A stretch of DNA of 49,492 bases from Octopus bimaculoides (lineage: Eukaryota). Made by a program: the position numbers and the translations under genes. Below the pieces are notes generated by a model. That model searched no databases. It saw nothing but the letters and a program-made list of their open reading frames with translations, and was not told the origin of the DNA. The stretch is taken from the NCBI RefSeq assembly GCF_001194135.2, contig NC_068983.1:122219607-122269098 (forward strand), written 5' to 3'. Below are positions 47,775 to 49,492 of this stretch, piece by piece (the first letter of the stretch is position 1; each line of letters starts with the position of its first letter).

Positions 47775-48156
47775 GTGGAGGCGCAATGGCCCAGTGGTTA
47801 GGGCAGCGGATTCACGGTCATAGGATCGTGGTTTCGATTCCCAGACCGGGCGTTGTGAGTATTTATTGAGCGAAAACACCTAAAGCTCCACGAGGCTCCA
47901 GCAAGGGATGGTGGTGAACCCTGCTGCACTCTTTCACCACAACTTTCTCTCACTTTCTTCCTGTTTCTGTTGTGCCTGTATTTCAAAGGGCCAGCCTTGT
48001 CACACTGTGTCCCGCTGAATATCCCCGAGAACTACGTTGAGGGTACACGTATCTGTGGAGTGCTCAGCCACTTGCACATTAATTTCACTAGCAGGCTGTT
48101 CCGTTGATCGGGTCAACTGGAACCCTCGATGTCGTAAGCTTCGGAGTGCCAACAAC
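47775..48156 (+). mobile_element. Family-B tRNA-derived SINE, full length, with a 13-bp TSD
   Basis: A box TGGCCCAGTGG, B box GTTTCGATTCC, (AAC)n tail; ACAGTGTACAACC at 47762-47774 and 48157-48169. Confidence 0.92.
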
Positions 48157-48387
48157 ACAGTGTACAACCACTCTGAAATTGACTTCAGGTAATGAATAAT
48201 GAAGACACAAAGAGTTTGACTTCATTTCACGAATACTGTTTTGAATCATTAGCAGTTCACAGTGAAAAGATGTCGCACAGTAAGGGAGACAAATAATAAA
48301 TAAAAAAAAATGTGAAAACAACTAAAAAATATTCTGTAATGCAAATATACAACCATATAGATTTAAAAAGTATCGAAAGTAGTTGAA

Positions 48388-48508
48388 GTGGTAAGTAGCT
48401 TGCTTACCAACCACATGGTTCTGGGCAAGTGTCTTCTAATATAGCCTCAGGCCGACCAAAGCCTTGTGAGCAGACTTGGTAGACAGAAACTGAAAGAAGC
48501 CCGTCGCA

Positions 48509-48563
<55 letters not shown>

Positions 48564-48768
48564 ATATGTTTGTGTGTCTGTGTTTGTCCCCCAACATCGC
48601 TTGACAACTGATGCTAGTGTGTTTATGTCCCCATAACTTAGCGGTTTGGCAAAAGAGACCGATAGAATAAGTACTAGGCTTCCAAAGAATAAGTCCTGGG
48701 GTCGATTTGCTCGACTAAAGGCGGTGCTCCAGCATGTCCACAGTCAAATGACTGAAACAAGTAAAAGA
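48388..48768 (+). mobile_element. Family-A SINE, 5'-clipped, with a deletion in the tRNA-like head and a long central (TA)n
   Basis: gtggtaagtagcttgcttaccaaccac...gactgaaacaagtaaaagag. Confidence 0.9.
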
Positions 48769-49492
48769 GACAAAATCCTTTCATTATCATAATATTCTCT
48801 AACCAAAACATTCAACACAAAATACACACCATTACACATATAAAAAATATTTAGAAAATAATAATACACAATTACAACAAATAGATAAATGATAAATTAA
48901 AAAATATTCTCTAATGCCAATAATTGACCATACAGATTAAAAAAGTATGGAAGACTCTACATACCACAAAAGCTAGAAAAAGCCGTGTAAATAACTGTTT
49001 TCCCCAGTTTGTCCATTTATGCGGGAGCTCTGGGCAAAATGTTATAGTGCATGACCATCCTTGGGACATAACTAATGTGTGTGTGAAGTTTGATGAAAAT
49101 CAGTTGAGAATTGTGGAAATGTATGGGTTTGTCAATATACAAACACATACTGTGATTTATATATACTATATATATCTATATCTATCTATCTATCTATCTA
49201 TCTATATATATATATATTTATATAAGGGAATTACTATATAATAACGCCTCAAGCCATGAGGGACTCTAAGGTCAGACTACTATAAAAAGCACATTTTTAC
49301 CGAATGCGAGGAAATGCAACTCTCAAAGCCAACCCCTTAAAAACGAACTAAATTATAGATCATGATTTCGTAGTTATTGTAGTATTATACAACTTCTACT
49401 CATCAGTATAATATGGTCCAGAAAAATAGAAATAAACAGTGAATCAACATACCAAACGAACACCATGTATCCAGCATAAAAATGTGCTTTTT

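Larger units (their letters stand above)
47301..49170 (+). mobile_element. Possible non-autonomous Helitron/Helentron-like element hosting the two SINEs
   Basis: 5' ttagcaaatgcacctgtcctttggacg and 3' gtgaagtttgatgaaaatcagttgag...acaaacacatac...tttatatatac resemble DINE/HINE-type termini, from memory only. Confidence 0.3.

Noticed and set aside
47777-47852. Possible genuine tRNA gene
   Set aside because: It continues into a SINE body and tail bounded by a TSD, so it is a SINE head.

Overview
AT-rich, repeat-dense animal genomic DNA. It is most likely an Octopus scaffold, inferred from the SINE, RTE and mariner repertoire, and it contains five N gaps. The only host protein-coding gene I can support is the 3' part of a Hippo/MST kinase (STK3/STK4 orthologue) on the + strand. 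It has 9 coding exons from 1720 to the stop at 13866, covering kinase subdomains VI-XI, the TM-motif linker and the SARAH domain; the first exons lie upstream of the window. The rest is layered transposon debris: RTE, CR1/L2 and Tx1/L1 LINEs, two tRNA-type SINE families, mariner/maT and hAT DNA transposons, and MITE-like foldbacks. Several nestings can be resolved to the base from target-site duplications (TSDs): a hAT inside an old CR1/L2 (8-bp TSD), a Tx1/L1 (15-bp TSD) inside a solo LTR (5-bp TSD) at a hAT remnant, and an RTE inside a mariner. The most interesting observations are: (i) tandem in-frame GC and GT splice donors at the start of the Hippo SARAH domain; (ii) a 5'-truncated Tx1/L1 inserted in sense just downstream of the predicted start site of a TATA/CCAAT LTR promoter; (iii) a foldback element with converging TTAGGG/CCCTAA telomere-like arms in a Hippo intron. 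I found no clearly new multi-gene system.
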